Source: an uncultured Gemmatimonadales bacterium (GTDB lineage Bacteria > Gemmatimonadota > Gemmatimonadetes > Gemmatimonadales > GWC2-71-9). Taken from it: a DNA stretch of 64,000 bases. Shown here piece after piece: positions 19,124 through 29,849 of this stretch (position 1 is its first letter; each line of letters begins with the position of its first letter). The position numbers and the translations under genes are program-made. The notes beneath the pieces were generated by a model. It searched no databases. It was not told the origin of the DNA and saw only the letters and a list, made by a program, of their open reading frames with translations. The stretch is taken from positions 18,217 through 82,216 of the forward strand of contig CAVQWA010000053.1 of the NCBI GenBank assembly GCA_963717315.1, in the 5' to 3' direction.

Positions 19124-19821
19124 CCGCGCGTCGCCTGGTGCTGTTCGACATCGACGGCACGCTGCTCCACTCGGGCGGCGCCGGCCGCCGCGCGATCCGC
19201 GCGGCGCTCCGGGACTGGCTGCCGGACGACGCGGTGTTCGGGCGGGTCCGGTTCGACGGCAAGACCGATCCGCAGATCGTGGCGGAGCTCCTCGCCGCGG
19301 CGGGGGATCCGGAGCCGGCGGAGCCCGGGCGCATCGCCGCGGTCTGCGTCCGCTACGTGGAGGCGCTCGAGGCCGAGCTGGCCGGGGGCACCGTCCGCGC
19401 GACGGTCCATCCCGGGGTCGTGGAACTCCTCGCGCGGCTCGAGGCCGACGCCGGCGTGGTGCTCGGCCTCCTCACCGGGAACATCGCGGAGGGGGCGGCC
19501 CTCAAGCTCCGCGCCGCGGGCCTCGACCCGGATCGGTTCCGCCTCGGCGCCTACGGCTCCGATTCCGCCCATCGCCCGGACCTGCCGGCGGTGGCCACCC
19601 GGCGCGCCGAGCCGCACTTCGGGCGGGAGCCCCGCGGGGCGGAGGTCGTGATCGTCGGCGATACCCCCGCCGACGTGACCTGCGGCCGCGGCATCGGTGC
19701 CCGCGCGATCGGGGTCGGCACCGGCTCCTACGCCGCCGCCGAGCTGGTCGACGCGGGGGCGCACGCCGCCTTCGCCACGCTCGAGGAGGTGGACGCGGTG
19801 CTCGACTCGATCCTGCGATGA
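19120..19821 (+). CDS. HAD-superfamily hydrolase (phosphoglycolate phosphatase-like)
   Basis: In-frame GTG at 19120. Motif I LVLFDIDGTL, motif II LTGN, motif IV VGDTP.D. Confidence 0.8.
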   Translation: MTARRLVLFDIDGTLLHSGGAGRRAIRAALRDWLPDDAVFGRVRFDGKTDPQIVAELLAAAGDPEPAEPGRIAAVCVRYVEALEAELAGGTVRATVHPGVVELLARLEADAGVVLGLLTGNIAEGAALKLRAAGLDPDRFRLGAYGSDSAHRPDLPAVATRRAEPHFGREPRGAEVVIVGDTPADVTCGRGIGARAIGVGTGSYAAAELVDAGAHAAFATLEEVDAVLDSILR

Positions 19822-20468
19822 ACCTCACCAGCGACATCCCCGAGCTGGGGCCCGCCCTCGGCCGGCTGACCGGATCCGGCTCGGGCGGCCTGGCCGAGGC
19901 GCGCCTCGGGCTGGTGACCAGCCTCTTCGAGGCGGCGGCGGCGGCGCGGGCCGGCGACGCCGCCGCCCTGGCACCGGCGGCGTGGCGGGCGCGGTGGGAG
20001 GCGGGTGTCGGCGCCGCGGCACGGGTGGTGGCCGCCGAGGCCGACGCCGGCCTGGCCCGCGCGGCCGCCGAGGCGCGAATGCCGGCGCGGCTCCGCAGCT
20101 CCGTCGCGCTGACCGGGACGGAGCGCCGCAGCATCGCCGCGCGACTCGGCTCGGAGGGCGCCCAGCTCCTTCGCGCGTTCGAAGCACTCGGCGCACCGGG
20201 CGAGCCGGAGTGGGAGGAGCGACTCCTCGGCGTCACCCGCACGCTCGAGGCGGCGTGGCTCGCGCTCGAGGCGGCGGCCGCGGAAGAGCAGGCGCGCTGG
20301 GCCGCCGAGGCGGAGCGGGTGCGGCGCTGGCGCCGGCCCCGCTGGCCGGTTGTGCTCCTGATCACCGGGATCGTGCTCGCGGCGCTGTGGGCCGGGCTCG
20401 CTCTCGGGGGCTGGGCGCCGCCGGGCCCGCTGGCGCCCCTCCGCGACTGGCTCCTGGCGCTGCCGTGA
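19818..20468 (+). CDS. Hypothetical Ala-rich protein with a C-terminal transmembrane segment
   Basis: 216 aa. ATGA overlap upstream and GTGA overlap downstream. TM segment WPVVLLITGIVLAALWAGLALGGW. No family recognised. Confidence 0.55.
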   Translation: MNLTSDIPELGPALGRLTGSGSGGLAEARLGLVTSLFEAAAAARAGDAAALAPAAWRARWEAGVGAAARVVAAEADAGLARAAAEARMPARLRSSVALTGTERRSIAARLGSEGAQLLRAFEALGAPGEPEWEERLLGVTRTLEAAWLALEAAAAEEQARWAAEAERVRRWRRPRWPVVLLITGIVLAALWAGLALGGWAPPGPLAPLRDWLLALP

Positions 20469-20887
20469 GCCTGGTGGCGCTCGGGCTCGACCTGGTGGAC
20501 CTGGAGCGCGCCGCCAGGCTGCTCCGCCGTCACGGCGACCGGGCCCTCTCCCGGCTGTTGAGCCCCTCCGAGCGCTCGGACCTGGCGGGCCGAACCGACC
20601 CGATCCCGGGATTCGCGGCACGACTCGCCGCGAAGGAGGCAGGATGGAAGGCGCTCCAGGTGATCCCCGGGGCGCAGGGACTCGGCTGGCAGGACCTGGA
20701 GGTGGTGCGGGGCCCCGACGGACGGCCGACGCTGCGCGCGCACGGCCGCGCCCGCGTCCTGCTGCAGTCCCGGCAGCTCGTGCTGCACCTCTCGCTGACC
20801 CATAGCCCGACGGCGGCGGCGGCCGTGGTGGCCCTTTCCACCGACTGGGATCGGCCGGCCCTTTCAAATCCGACCGAGGCTCCATAG
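20465..20887 (+). CDS. acpS: Holo-[acyl-carrier-protein] synthase (4'-phosphopantetheinyl transferase)
   Basis: In-frame GTG at 20465, 140 aa. Motifs: GLD.V...R, AARLAAKEA..KAL, LSL.H. Confidence 0.75.
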   Translation: MSLVALGLDLVDLERAARLLRRHGDRALSRLLSPSERSDLAGRTDPIPGFAARLAAKEAGWKALQVIPGAQGLGWQDLEVVRGPDGRPTLRAHGRARVLLQSRQLVLHLSLTHSPTAAAAVVALSTDWDRPALSNPTEAP

Positions 20888-20910
20888 TTTCATCCAGGCA
20901 GTCAAACTGG

Positions 20911-20931
<21 letters not shown>
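20888..20931. promoter_or_regulatory. Perfect 10-bp inverted repeat plus Fur-box-like sequence overlapping the iron-permease start codon
   Basis: TTTCATCCAG (20888-20897), then gcagtcaaa, then CTGGATGAAA (20907-20916). The ATG at 20911 lies in the 3' arm. GAAAATGATTCTCACCATC (20913-20931) matches 14/19 of GATAATGATAATCATTATC by hand count. Local GC is about 40% in a roughly 70% GC genome. Confidence 0.45.
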
Positions 20932-23076
<2,145 letters not shown>

Positions 23077-23107
23077 GCCCTCCGGCACTCCGCACCGCCG
23101 GAAAAGT

Positions 23108-23144
23108 GAACGACCCTCCGAGCCCGAGGCCCGGAGGGTCGTTC
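23108..23144 (-). terminator. Strong hairpin terminator oriented for minus-strand transcripts
   Basis: GAACGACCCTCCG (23108-23120) pairs with CGGAGGGTCGTTC (23132-23144) in a 13-bp stem. Only on the minus strand is it followed by a T-run (ACTTTTCC). On the plus strand it is followed by GCGTGAGG. Confidence 0.6.
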
Positions 23145-23420
23145 GCGTGAGGTGGCAGATCGCCCCCTGATACCGCCGGCGACGTGCGGATTGCCCGTCC
23201 CGGACGTCCGACCTGCCACTTTCCTCTACAACGGCTCATCCCGACGCCGTTCCTGTCAAGCTCTGAAGCACGTTACATGCCATTAATGAAGGCACGAAAA
23301 CCCAGCAAATTCAAGGGCTTACCATCTACCTTCAATCGGCCGGATGTCGAAAACCTGTACGCTAAGCACACCATCCACCCTAACCCATTGTGGCGTATTG
23401 CTTTGCACGACTGTCAAGGA
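23145..23420 (-). ncRNA. Candidate small RNA or long structured 3' UTR downstream of lgt (class unknown)
   Basis: About 290 nt lie between the lgt stop (23430) and the minus-strand terminator. The 23222-23440 part is conspicuously AT-richer than its surroundings. It contains two CTTGACAG boxes and a 7-bp stem GTGGCAG/CTGCCAC around a GC-rich core. No convincing ORF with host-like codon bias is present. Confidence 0.3.
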
Positions 23421-23429
23421 ATCAGGCTC

Positions 23430-24260
23430 TCACCCGATTCCTGACGGCTTCAGATACGGCCCGGGATCCGGGGTCTTTCGGTGGGCGGTGGCCGCGAGCA
23501 GGGCAGCTCCGACGAGGACGAGTGCCACGCTTGTCGTTTGGGCCAGGGTAAACGCTCCGAAGAAGCGGTCGTCCTTGGCCCGCAGGAATTCGATCCCGAA
23601 GCGCTCCAGCCCGGCCAGCACGAGGTAGAGGCCGAAGAGCCAACCGGTGCCCTCGCGTCCACGCCGCAGGCGCCAGAGGACGCCAAAGGCGAAGAGCATC
23701 AGCGCGGTCTCGTAGAGCTGGGTCGGGTGCACGGCGAGCACGGTGCCGGGGTCCATTCCCTCGGGGACCGTGATCCCGAAGAGGTCGCGCAGATTGCCGG
23801 CGGTGCTGGGAGGGTAGCCCTGCGGGAACCGCACCGCCCACGGCAGGTCGGTCGGGTGGCCGTAGTCGTCGTTCACCAGGAAGCATCCGATGCGGCCCAG
23901 CGCGTAGGCCGCGGCGAGTGCGGGCGCCGCCAGGTGCGCCGTCCAGGAGAAGGGCACCTTCCGCCAGCGGCCGGTGAGCATCACCGCGGCCGCGCCGCCG
24001 AGGAATCCGCCGTACCAGACCAGGCCGCCGCGCTCGAAGAGCCCGTCGCCGGTGAGCGCCACGTACCAGAGCTTCGCCCCCACCACGCCGCCGATCACGG
24101 CGGCCACCACGATGTCCTGCGAGTAGTTCTCGTTGAGGCCGAGGCGGCGGAGCTCCCGTCCGATGAGCCACCCGCCCACGAGGAAGCCCACCATCATCAT
24201 GATCCCGTAGCCGGTGATCTCCAGCGGCCCGAGTCGGATGATCAGGGGATAGAACGTCAC
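23430..24260 (-). CDS. lgt: Prolipoprotein diacylglyceryl transferase
   Basis: C-terminal 276 aa of the 617-aa track ORF, from GTG at 24260 (GTGA overlap with tsaD). Motifs: GYG.MM..GF, GAKL.Y, YGG..GG, GR.GCF.N...YG, HPTQLYE. Confidence 0.88.
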   Translation of the reverse strand: MTFYPLIIRLGPLEITGYGIMMMVGFLVGGWLIGRELRRLGLNENYSQDIVVAAVIGGVVGAKLWYVALTGDGLFERGGLVWYGGFLGGAAAVMLTGRWRKVPFSWTAHLAAPALAAAYALGRIGCFLVNDDYGHPTDLPWAVRFPQGYPPSTAGNLRDLFGITVPEGMDPGTVLAVHPTQLYETALMLFAFGVLWRLRRGREGTGWLFGLYLVLAGLERFGIEFLRAKDDRFFGAFTLAQTTSVALVLVGAALLAATAHRKTPDPGPYLKPSGIG

Positions 24261-25312
24261 GTCGCTCTCCCGGAGAGCGCCGGGACCAGGCCCGGCAGGG
24301 GAAGGTCGTCGCGCGGCTCGAGGTCCGTCCCGCTCCTCTCGCCGCGCGCCAGCCGCCAGGCGCCGGCGGCCGCGATCATCGCCGCATTGTCCGCGTTGAG
24401 CCGCGGGCTCGCCACGCTGACCCGCGCGCGCCCCGCCAGCCGTGCCCGCATCCGCTCCGCCAGCGCCTGGCTGCACGCCACCCCGCCGCCGAGCACCACC
24501 GTCTCCCGGCCGAACGCCGCGACGGCCTGCGCCGCCTTCTCGACCAGCACCTCGAGCACCGCGTCCTGGAAGCCGCGGGCCAGGTCGGCGCGGTCGCGGT
24601 CGAGGTCTTCGCTCGCGCGCACCGCGCGGAGCACCGCGGTCTTGAGCCCGCTGAAGGAGAAGGCGAAGCGGTCGGGGCCGTCCTGCGCCGCCTCGCGCAG
24701 CATCGGGCGGGGAAAGCGGAAGCGCGCCGGGTCGCCCTGCCGGGCGAGGCGCTCGATCGCCGCCCCGCCGGGATAGCCCAGCCCGAGGAGCACGGCCACC
24801 TTGTCGAAGGCTTCGCCGGCGGCATCGTCCCGGGTGGCGCCGAGCAGCTCGTACTCGCCCCAGTCCCGCACGTCGAGGAGCAGCGTGTGCCCCCCGCTCA
24901 CGAGCAGCGCGGTGAAGGGCGGCGCGAGCGCGGGGTCCTCGAGCCGGGGCGCGAAGAGGTGTCCCTCGAGGTGGTGCACGCCGAGCAGCGGGAGGCCCGC
25001 GCTCCAGGCCAGGGTCTTCGCGTAGGTGACGCCCACGAGCAGGGCGCCCACCAGCCCGGGCCCGGCGGTGACCGCGATGCCGTCCAGCTGCCGGAGCGTC
25101 AGGCCCGCCCCCGCCAGCGCATCGTCCACCACGCGGCCGATCGTCACCAGGTGCGCCCGGCTGGCGAGTTCCGGCACCACGCCGCCGAAGATCCGGTGCA
25201 CATCCTGGCTGAGGATCGCCAGGCTGGCGACGTGGGGCCGCTCGCGATCGACCGTGACCACCGCGGCGGAGGTCTCGTCGCACGAGGTCTCGATGCCGAG
25301 GATCGCGTTCAC
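24257..25312 (-). CDS. tsaD: tRNA N6-adenosine threonylcarbamoyltransferase
   Basis: 351 aa. Motifs: ILGIETSCDETSAAVV, GGVVPE.ASR.H, GPGL.GALLVG, HH.EGH, SGGHT. Confidence 0.92.
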   Translation of the reverse strand: MNAILGIETSCDETSAAVVTVDRERPHVASLAILSQDVHRIFGGVVPELASRAHLVTIGRVVDDALAGAGLTLRQLDGIAVTAGPGLVGALLVGVTYAKTLAWSAGLPLLGVHHLEGHLFAPRLEDPALAPPFTALLVSGGHTLLLDVRDWGEYELLGATRDDAAGEAFDKVAVLLGLGYPGGAAIERLARQGDPARFRFPRPMLREAAQDGPDRFAFSFSGLKTAVLRAVRASEDLDRDRADLARGFQDAVLEVLVEKAAQAVAAFGRETVVLGGGVACSQALAERMRARLAGRARVSVASPRLNADNAAMIAAAGAWRLARGERSGTDLEPRDDLPLPGLVPALSGRAT

Positions 25313-25719
25313 GGCGCCTCGGCGGCGGGAAGGGGGGCGAACCCGTCGGTCAGGTGGACGGTGACCTGCCGGGGCTGGAGATCCTGCACCGAGACCTTCA
25401 CCCCGGACGGAAGCTCGACGTCGGCCGTGCCCAGGACCATCGTGACGGAGTCGGCGGTGACGGTGTCGGGGAGGAGCCGGGTGAGGATCACGCGCGATGC
25501 GCCAAGCTTCAGCAGCTCGCGCCGGGGGCCCACGACGGCCACGGTGACGGGCGCGAGCGGCTGGGCGAGGACGCGGCCCGCGGGCGGCCGCACCTGGAGC
25601 TCCGCCGCCACCAGCCGGCTGGCCGGTTCCTCGCCGGCGGCGAGCAGCCAGAGCACGATGGCGAGGAAGAGCGAGGTGAGCTTGAGTGGCCAGTTGCGCA
25701 GCAGGGCCGCGAGGCGCAC
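25309..25719 (-). CDS. YbbR-like domain protein (short form)
   Basis: 136 aa. N-terminus RNWPLKLTSLFLAIVLWLL is typical of the YbbR/CdaR family. GTGA overlap with tsaD. Confidence 0.55.
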   Translation of the reverse strand: MRLAALLRNWPLKLTSLFLAIVLWLLAAGEEPASRLVAAELQVRPPAGRVLAQPLAPVTVAVVGPRRELLKLGASRVILTRLLPDTVTADSVTMVLGTADVELPSGVKVSVQDLQPRQVTVHLTDGFAPLPAAEAP

Positions 25720-25720
25720 G

Positions 25721-26260
25721 TCAGGCCCCGCCGTCGGCGAGGAGCCGCAGGATGAGGTCGCGATTGATGGAGGAGTTCCAGTCGTGGGCGCCGATCACGC
25801 GCCGCACGATCTGGCCCTGGCGGTCGAGCAGGAAGCTCTCGGGCACCCCGGTGGTCTGGTAGGTGCGCTGGATGGCGCCGGAACGGTCGTGCAGGATGTC
25901 GAAGGTGAGCCCGAGCTCCTCGACGAACGCGCGCACCGCGGTGGAGTCGGATTGGTCGATGCTCACCGCCACGACCCGGAAGCCCTGCCCCCGGAGCGAG
26001 TCGTACGCGGCCTGCAGGGCCGGCATCTCCTCCCGGCAGGGGGCGCACCACGTGGCCCAGATGTTGACGAGGACGACGTCGCCCCGATAGCGCTCGCGCA
26101 GCGACACGCTGTCGCCGGTGGCCAGGTCCACCGCGACGTAATCGGGGGCGGCGTTGCCGACCTCGACCCCCGTGATCGCCCGGCCAGCGCGGGCGAGAGC
26201 GAATCCGCCGAGCCCGAGCCCGGCGACGAGGAGTCCGACCGCCATCCACTGCTTGGACAT
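25721..26260 (-). CDS. TlpA/ResA-family thiol:disulfide oxidoreductase (membrane-anchored thioredoxin fold)
   Basis: Internal ATG at 26260 (MSKQWMAVGLLVAGLGLG anchor). Motifs: VLVNIWATWCAPCREEMP and G.P..FL.D. Confidence 0.85.
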   Translation of the reverse strand: MSKQWMAVGLLVAGLGLGGFALARAGRAITGVEVGNAAPDYVAVDLATGDSVSLRERYRGDVVLVNIWATWCAPCREEMPALQAAYDSLRGQGFRVVAVSIDQSDSTAVRAFVEELGLTFDILHDRSGAIQRTYQTTGVPESFLLDRQGQIVRRVIGAHDWNSSINRDLILRLLADGGA

Positions 26261-26270
26261 CGTTTCGTCC

Positions 26271-26936
26271 TCAGGCGCGCGCTGCGCACTCGCGGCGGAG
26301 CGCCTCCACCGCGCGGGCGGGGTCGGCCGCACCGAAAACCGCCGTGCCCGCCACGAAGGTGTCCGCGCCCGCCTCCCAGGCCGGGCGGATGGTGGCGACG
26401 GTGATTCCGCCGTCCACCTCGAGCGCCGCCCGCGACCCTGCCCGATCGAGCAGGACGCGCGCGCGGCGCAGCTTGTCCGTGGCCGCCGGCAGGTATCCCT
26501 GGCCGCCGAACCCCGGGTTGACCGACATCACCAGCACCAGGTCCACGTCCGCCACCGTCTCCTCCAGCACCGCGAGCGGGCTGGCAGGATTGAACGCGAG
26601 GCCGGCAAGCATCCCCCGTTCCCGTGCCGTGGCGAGGTGTCGCTGGACGTGCACCGTCGCCTCGGGATGGAAGGTGAAGACGGCCGCCCCGAGCTCGGCG
26701 TACTCCGAAATATAGCGTTCCGGATGCTCGACCATCAGGTGAACGTCGAGCGGCAGCGCGGTGAGCTTGCGGAGCGCCCGGATGATCGGGGCGCCGAAGG
26801 TGAGGTTGGGGACGAAGTGGCCGTCCATCACGTCCACGTGGATCCACTCCGCGCCTCCCGCCTCCACCTGGGCCACCTGCTCGGCCAGGCGGCCCAGGTC
26901 GGCGCTGAGCACGCTGGGGGCGATGCGCACGGTCAC
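26271..26936 (-). CDS. rpe: Ribulose-phosphate 3-epimerase
   Basis: 221 aa. Motifs: IAPS.LSAD...L, H.DVMDGHFVPN.TFG, D.HLMV, MSVNPGFGGQ, DGG. Confidence 0.92.
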   Translation of the reverse strand: MTVRIAPSVLSADLGRLAEQVAQVEAGGAEWIHVDVMDGHFVPNLTFGAPIIRALRKLTALPLDVHLMVEHPERYISEYAELGAAVFTFHPEATVHVQRHLATARERGMLAGLAFNPASPLAVLEETVADVDLVLVMSVNPGFGGQGYLPAATDKLRRARVLLDRAGSRAALEVDGGITVATIRPAWEAGADTFVAGTAVFGAADPARAVEALRRECAARA

Positions 26937-27688
26937 GGCAGTCCTCCCTCGCCGACGTTCAGGTCCACGGGGGCATCCGCCGGCACCCGTGCGCCGGCCC
27001 CCGGCCGCTGCCCGGTGACGATGGCGTCGGGAGCGGACGGGGGAGTGACCCTCCCCACCCGCAGCCCGGCCGCCTCGATCCTGGAGCGCGCCGCCTCGAG
27101 CGTGAGCCCCTTGACCGAGGGAACCATCCGGTCGGCGGGACCGCGGCTCACCACCAGCGTCACCGCCCCGCCCGGAAGGCTCACCGTGCCGGCCGGTGGC
27201 CGCGTGGCCACCGCGGCGCCGCGGAGGGTGCCCGCCGCGGTGCTGTCCACGCCGGCCACCCGGAAGCCCGCCGCCTCGATGACCGTCCGCGCCAGCGCGG
27301 CGTCCAGCTCGCGCACCTCCGGGATGGCGGCCGGTTCGGGCCCCGAACTCCGCGTGAGCCGGACGACGCCGCCCGCCTGCAGCCGGATGCCAGCCGCCGG
27401 CTCCTGCCAGGCGACGAAGCCCGCCGGCGTGAACGGGCTCGGCGCCACGCCCTCGATCCTCGGGCGGAATCCCGCGCCCTCGATCCGGGCGCGCGCGCCG
27501 GCCTCGTCCATCCCGATCACCGCCGGCACCGGCTCGTCGCCGCGGACCACATCGCGCGGCACCAGCCAGATGGCCGCGACGCCCAACCCCAGCAGCGCCG
27601 CGACCGCGATCACGAGGGTGGCCCGGATGGCCGGCCCGCCGGGTCCCTCGAGCCGGAAGAGCGGCTGGTCGAAGCGGCGGAACTTCAG
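26933..27688 (-). CDS. Membrane-anchored protein with three PASTA domains and no kinase domain
   Basis: The C-terminal about 250 aa of the 349-aa track ORF hold one TM segment (ATLVIAVAALLGLGVAAIWLV) followed by three PASTA-like repeats. The start is uncertain. The only coupling-type start is CTG at 27688, which forms CTGA with the rsmB stop. The track ATG at 27982 would overlap rsmB by about 300 nt. Confidence 0.6.
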   Translation of the reverse strand: MKFRRFDQPLFRLEGPGGPAIRATLVIAVAALLGLGVAAIWLVPRDVVRGDEPVPAVIGMDEAGARARIEGAGFRPRIEGVAPSPFTPAGFVAWQEPAAGIRLQAGGVVRLTRSSGPEPAAIPEVRELDAALARTVIEAAGFRVAGVDSTAAGTLRGAAVATRPPAGTVSLPGGAVTLVVSRGPADRMVPSVKGLTLEAARSRIEAAGLRVGRVTPPSAPDAIVTGQRPGAGARVPADAPVDLNVGEGGLP

Positions 27689-28977
27689 GTGACCCTCCGG
27701 AGGCGGGCGGCGTAGGCCCCGTCGATACCGTCGCGCTGCGGGAGGAGGAGCAGGTCCCCCGCCGGGGTCAGGTGCACCGGATCCGTGCCGGGGCACGGCT
27801 CGCGGCGGAACTCCGCATGCTCCGCGAGGAAGTGCTCCACCTGCAACTCGTTCTCCTCGGGCTCGAGCGAGCAGGTGGCATAGACCAGCACCCCACCGGG
27901 CCGCACCACGCCGGCGCAGCCCTCGAGCAGGCGCCGCTGCAGCGCGGTGAGGGAATCGAGCATCGCGGCCTCGATGCGCCACCGTGCGTCCGGCCGGCGT
28001 GCCAGGGTACCGGTGCCGAGGCAGGGCGCGTCGAGGAGCACCAGGTCGGCGCCGCGAAGCGGCGGACGCTCGGCGTCGGCGAGCACCGGATGTTCCCGGC
28101 CGCTCCCGGCGCGGACCAGGTTTTCGGCCAGGCGCTGGATCCGGCGCCAGCTCCGGTCACCCGCCAGGACCCGGCCGGCCACGCGGCCGAGCGCGATGGT
28201 CTTGCCGCCCGGGGCGGCGCAGGCGTCATAGACCAGCGAGCCCGGGGTCGGCGCCGCGAAGCGCGCCACCAGCGCCTGGGAGGGGTCCTGCACCACGAAC
28301 GCGCCCTCGGCGTAACCGGGGAGGGATTCCGGGCGCGCGCGGCCGAGGACGATCCCGGCGCCGTGGGCCGCGGGCGCCGGCGTGAGCCCGGCGTCGCGGA
28401 GCCGGCGCTCCAGCGCCTCGAGCGGCTCCCGCGCCGGCTGGAGAACGAGCTCCGGACGGCGGTCGTTCCAGGCGAGGAGTGCGGCGGTTCCGGCGACGCC
28501 GAACCGGGCGCTCCAGCGATCGACCAGCCAGGCGGGGTGGGAGGCACCCGGTTCCCCGGCGGGGATGCCGTCGCCCGCCACCCGGCGCAGCACCGCGTTC
28601 ACGAACCCCGCCGCCCTCCGGCCGCCGAGCTCCCGGGCGAGCGCCACGCTGGTGGAGACCGCAGCGTGCGCCGGCACCCGCTCGAGGCCTCCGAGCTGGT
28701 AGGCGCCGAGGCGCAGGACATCCTGCAGGTCCTCCGGCACCGCGGCCCACCCGCGGGTCGTCCGCGGCGCCAGCCTCGCGTCCAGCGTGCCGCGGGCACG
28801 GAGCGTTCCGGCGGCGAGCTCGTGGGCCAACCGGCGGTCCGCGCCGCGGAGCCCGGCCAGCGCGTGGTCGAGCGCCGGCTCGAAGCGATGGCCGGCGCGC
28901 ACCTGCCGGAGAACGGCCAGCGCGGCGCGGCGCGAGGCGAGGCCGGGCGCGCCCGGGTCGGCGGCCACCCCGGTCAC
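27685..28977 (-). CDS. rsmB: 16S rRNA (cytosine967-C5)-methyltransferase
   Basis: 430 aa. NusB-like N-terminal domain. Motifs: FVVQD.SQ, DACAAPGGKT, LLDAPC.GTG..RR.PD, YATCS...EEN. Confidence 0.88.
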   Translation of the reverse strand: MTGVAADPGAPGLASRRAALAVLRQVRAGHRFEPALDHALAGLRGADRRLAHELAAGTLRARGTLDARLAPRTTRGWAAVPEDLQDVLRLGAYQLGGLERVPAHAAVSTSVALARELGGRRAAGFVNAVLRRVAGDGIPAGEPGASHPAWLVDRWSARFGVAGTAALLAWNDRRPELVLQPAREPLEALERRLRDAGLTPAPAAHGAGIVLGRARPESLPGYAEGAFVVQDPSQALVARFAAPTPGSLVYDACAAPGGKTIALGRVAGRVLAGDRSWRRIQRLAENLVRAGSGREHPVLADAERPPLRGADLVLLDAPCLGTGTLARRPDARWRIEAAMLDSLTALQRRLLEGCAGVVRPGGVLVYATCSLEPEENELQVEHFLAEHAEFRREPCPGTDPVHLTPAGDLLLLPQRDGIDGAYAARLRRVT

Positions 28978-28999
28978 CGGGTCGACGCGGAGCGGCGTC

Positions 29000-29797
29000 T
29001 CATCCCATCATGCCGCTCGTGGGCGACGACGGCACCGCCACTTCGCGGCGCGGCATCCGGCCCGCCTGCCAGGCGATGCGGCCCGCCTCCACCGCGAGGC
29101 GCATCGCCTTCGCCATCGCCACCGGGTCCTGGGCCTCGGCGAGGGCGGTGTTCATCAGGATCCCGTCCACGCCTTGCTCCATCGTGACGCAGGCGTCGGA
29201 CGCGATGCCGACCCCGGCGTCCACGATGACCGGTACCGACAGGCGGCGCTTGATGGTGCGGATCGCGTACGGGTTGAGCAGCCCGAGGCCGCTGCCGATG
29301 GGCGAGGCGAGCGGCATCACCGCCACCGCACCCGCCTCCTCCAGCCGGAGCGCGGTGACCAGGTCGTCGTTGGTGTAGGCCATCACCTTGAAGCCCTCGG
29401 CGGCGAGGGTACGCGTGGCCACGAGCAGGCCGTCCACGTCGGGAAGGAGGGTCTCCCGATCGCCGATCACCTCGAGCTTCACGAATTCGTTGAAGCCGGC
29501 CTCGCGCGCGAGTCGGGCGTAGCGCATCGCCTCGTCGGCGGTGTAGCAGCCGGCGGTGTTCGCCAGCAGGAAGTGCCGATCCGGGTCGAGGTGGTGGAGG
29601 ATGCCCTCGGCGTTGGCGCGGTTCAGGTCCACCCGCCGCACCGCGACGGTGACCACGTCCGCGCCGCTCGCCTCGATCGCGGCGATCATCTCGGTGTTGG
29701 AGCGGTACTTCCCCGTGCCGACCAGCAGCCGGGAACGGAGGGTCCGGCCGCCGATCTCGAGCGGAGCGTCGTGGAGTGTCGCGGTTGCCGTGCTCAT
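29000..29797 (-). CDS. thiG: Thiazole synthase
   Basis: Internal ATG at 29797, 265 aa. Motifs: L.IGG....SRL..GTGKY, TVA.RRV, LLANTAGC, KLEVI.D, MPL.SPIGSG.G, DAG.G..SDA...ME.G.D..L.NTA.A. Confidence 0.92.
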   Translation of the reverse strand: MSTATATLHDAPLEIGGRTLRSRLLVGTGKYRSNTEMIAAIEASGADVVTVAVRRVDLNRANAEGILHHLDPDRHFLLANTAGCYTADEAMRYARLAREAGFNEFVKLEVIGDRETLLPDVDGLLVATRTLAAEGFKVMAYTNDDLVTALRLEEAGAVAVMPLASPIGSGLGLLNPYAIRTIKRRLSVPVIVDAGVGIASDACVTMEQGVDGILMNTALAEAQDPVAMAKAMRLAVEAGRIAWQAGRMPRREVAVPSSPTSGMMG

Positions 29798-29849
29798 TGG
29801 CGCCTCGGGCAGGGTGGCGGATGCCGAGGGGGTGCCCCGTCTTCGGTGC

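Noticed and set aside
23150-23232. GAGGAAAGT on the minus strand (reverse complement of 23219-23227) resembling the RNase P RNA CR-I motif GAGGAAAGTCC, plus SRP-like CAGGTC..GGA
   Set aside because: Only about 110 nt remain before the terminator, whereas RNase P RNA needs about 350-400 nt. The motif diverges after 9 nt. No GGAA tetraloop or SRP helix-8 symmetric loop is present. No tmRNA tag reading frame or tRNA-like 3' end was seen.
23184-23444. 86-aa plus-strand ORF (or a 55-aa version from the ATG at 23277) and a 33-aa minus-strand ORF in the low-GC island
   Set aside because: Third-position GC is about 50%, against over 90% in the window's real genes. There is no RBS and no recognisable family. 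The plus ORF would overlap the lgt 3' end. They are kept only as an alternative explanation inside the sRNA finding.
24262-24278. Palindrome CGCTCTCC-C-GGAGAGCG just inside the tsaD 3' end
   Set aside because: The loop is a single nucleotide, so it cannot form a hairpin. It lies in coding sequence and is probably coincidental.
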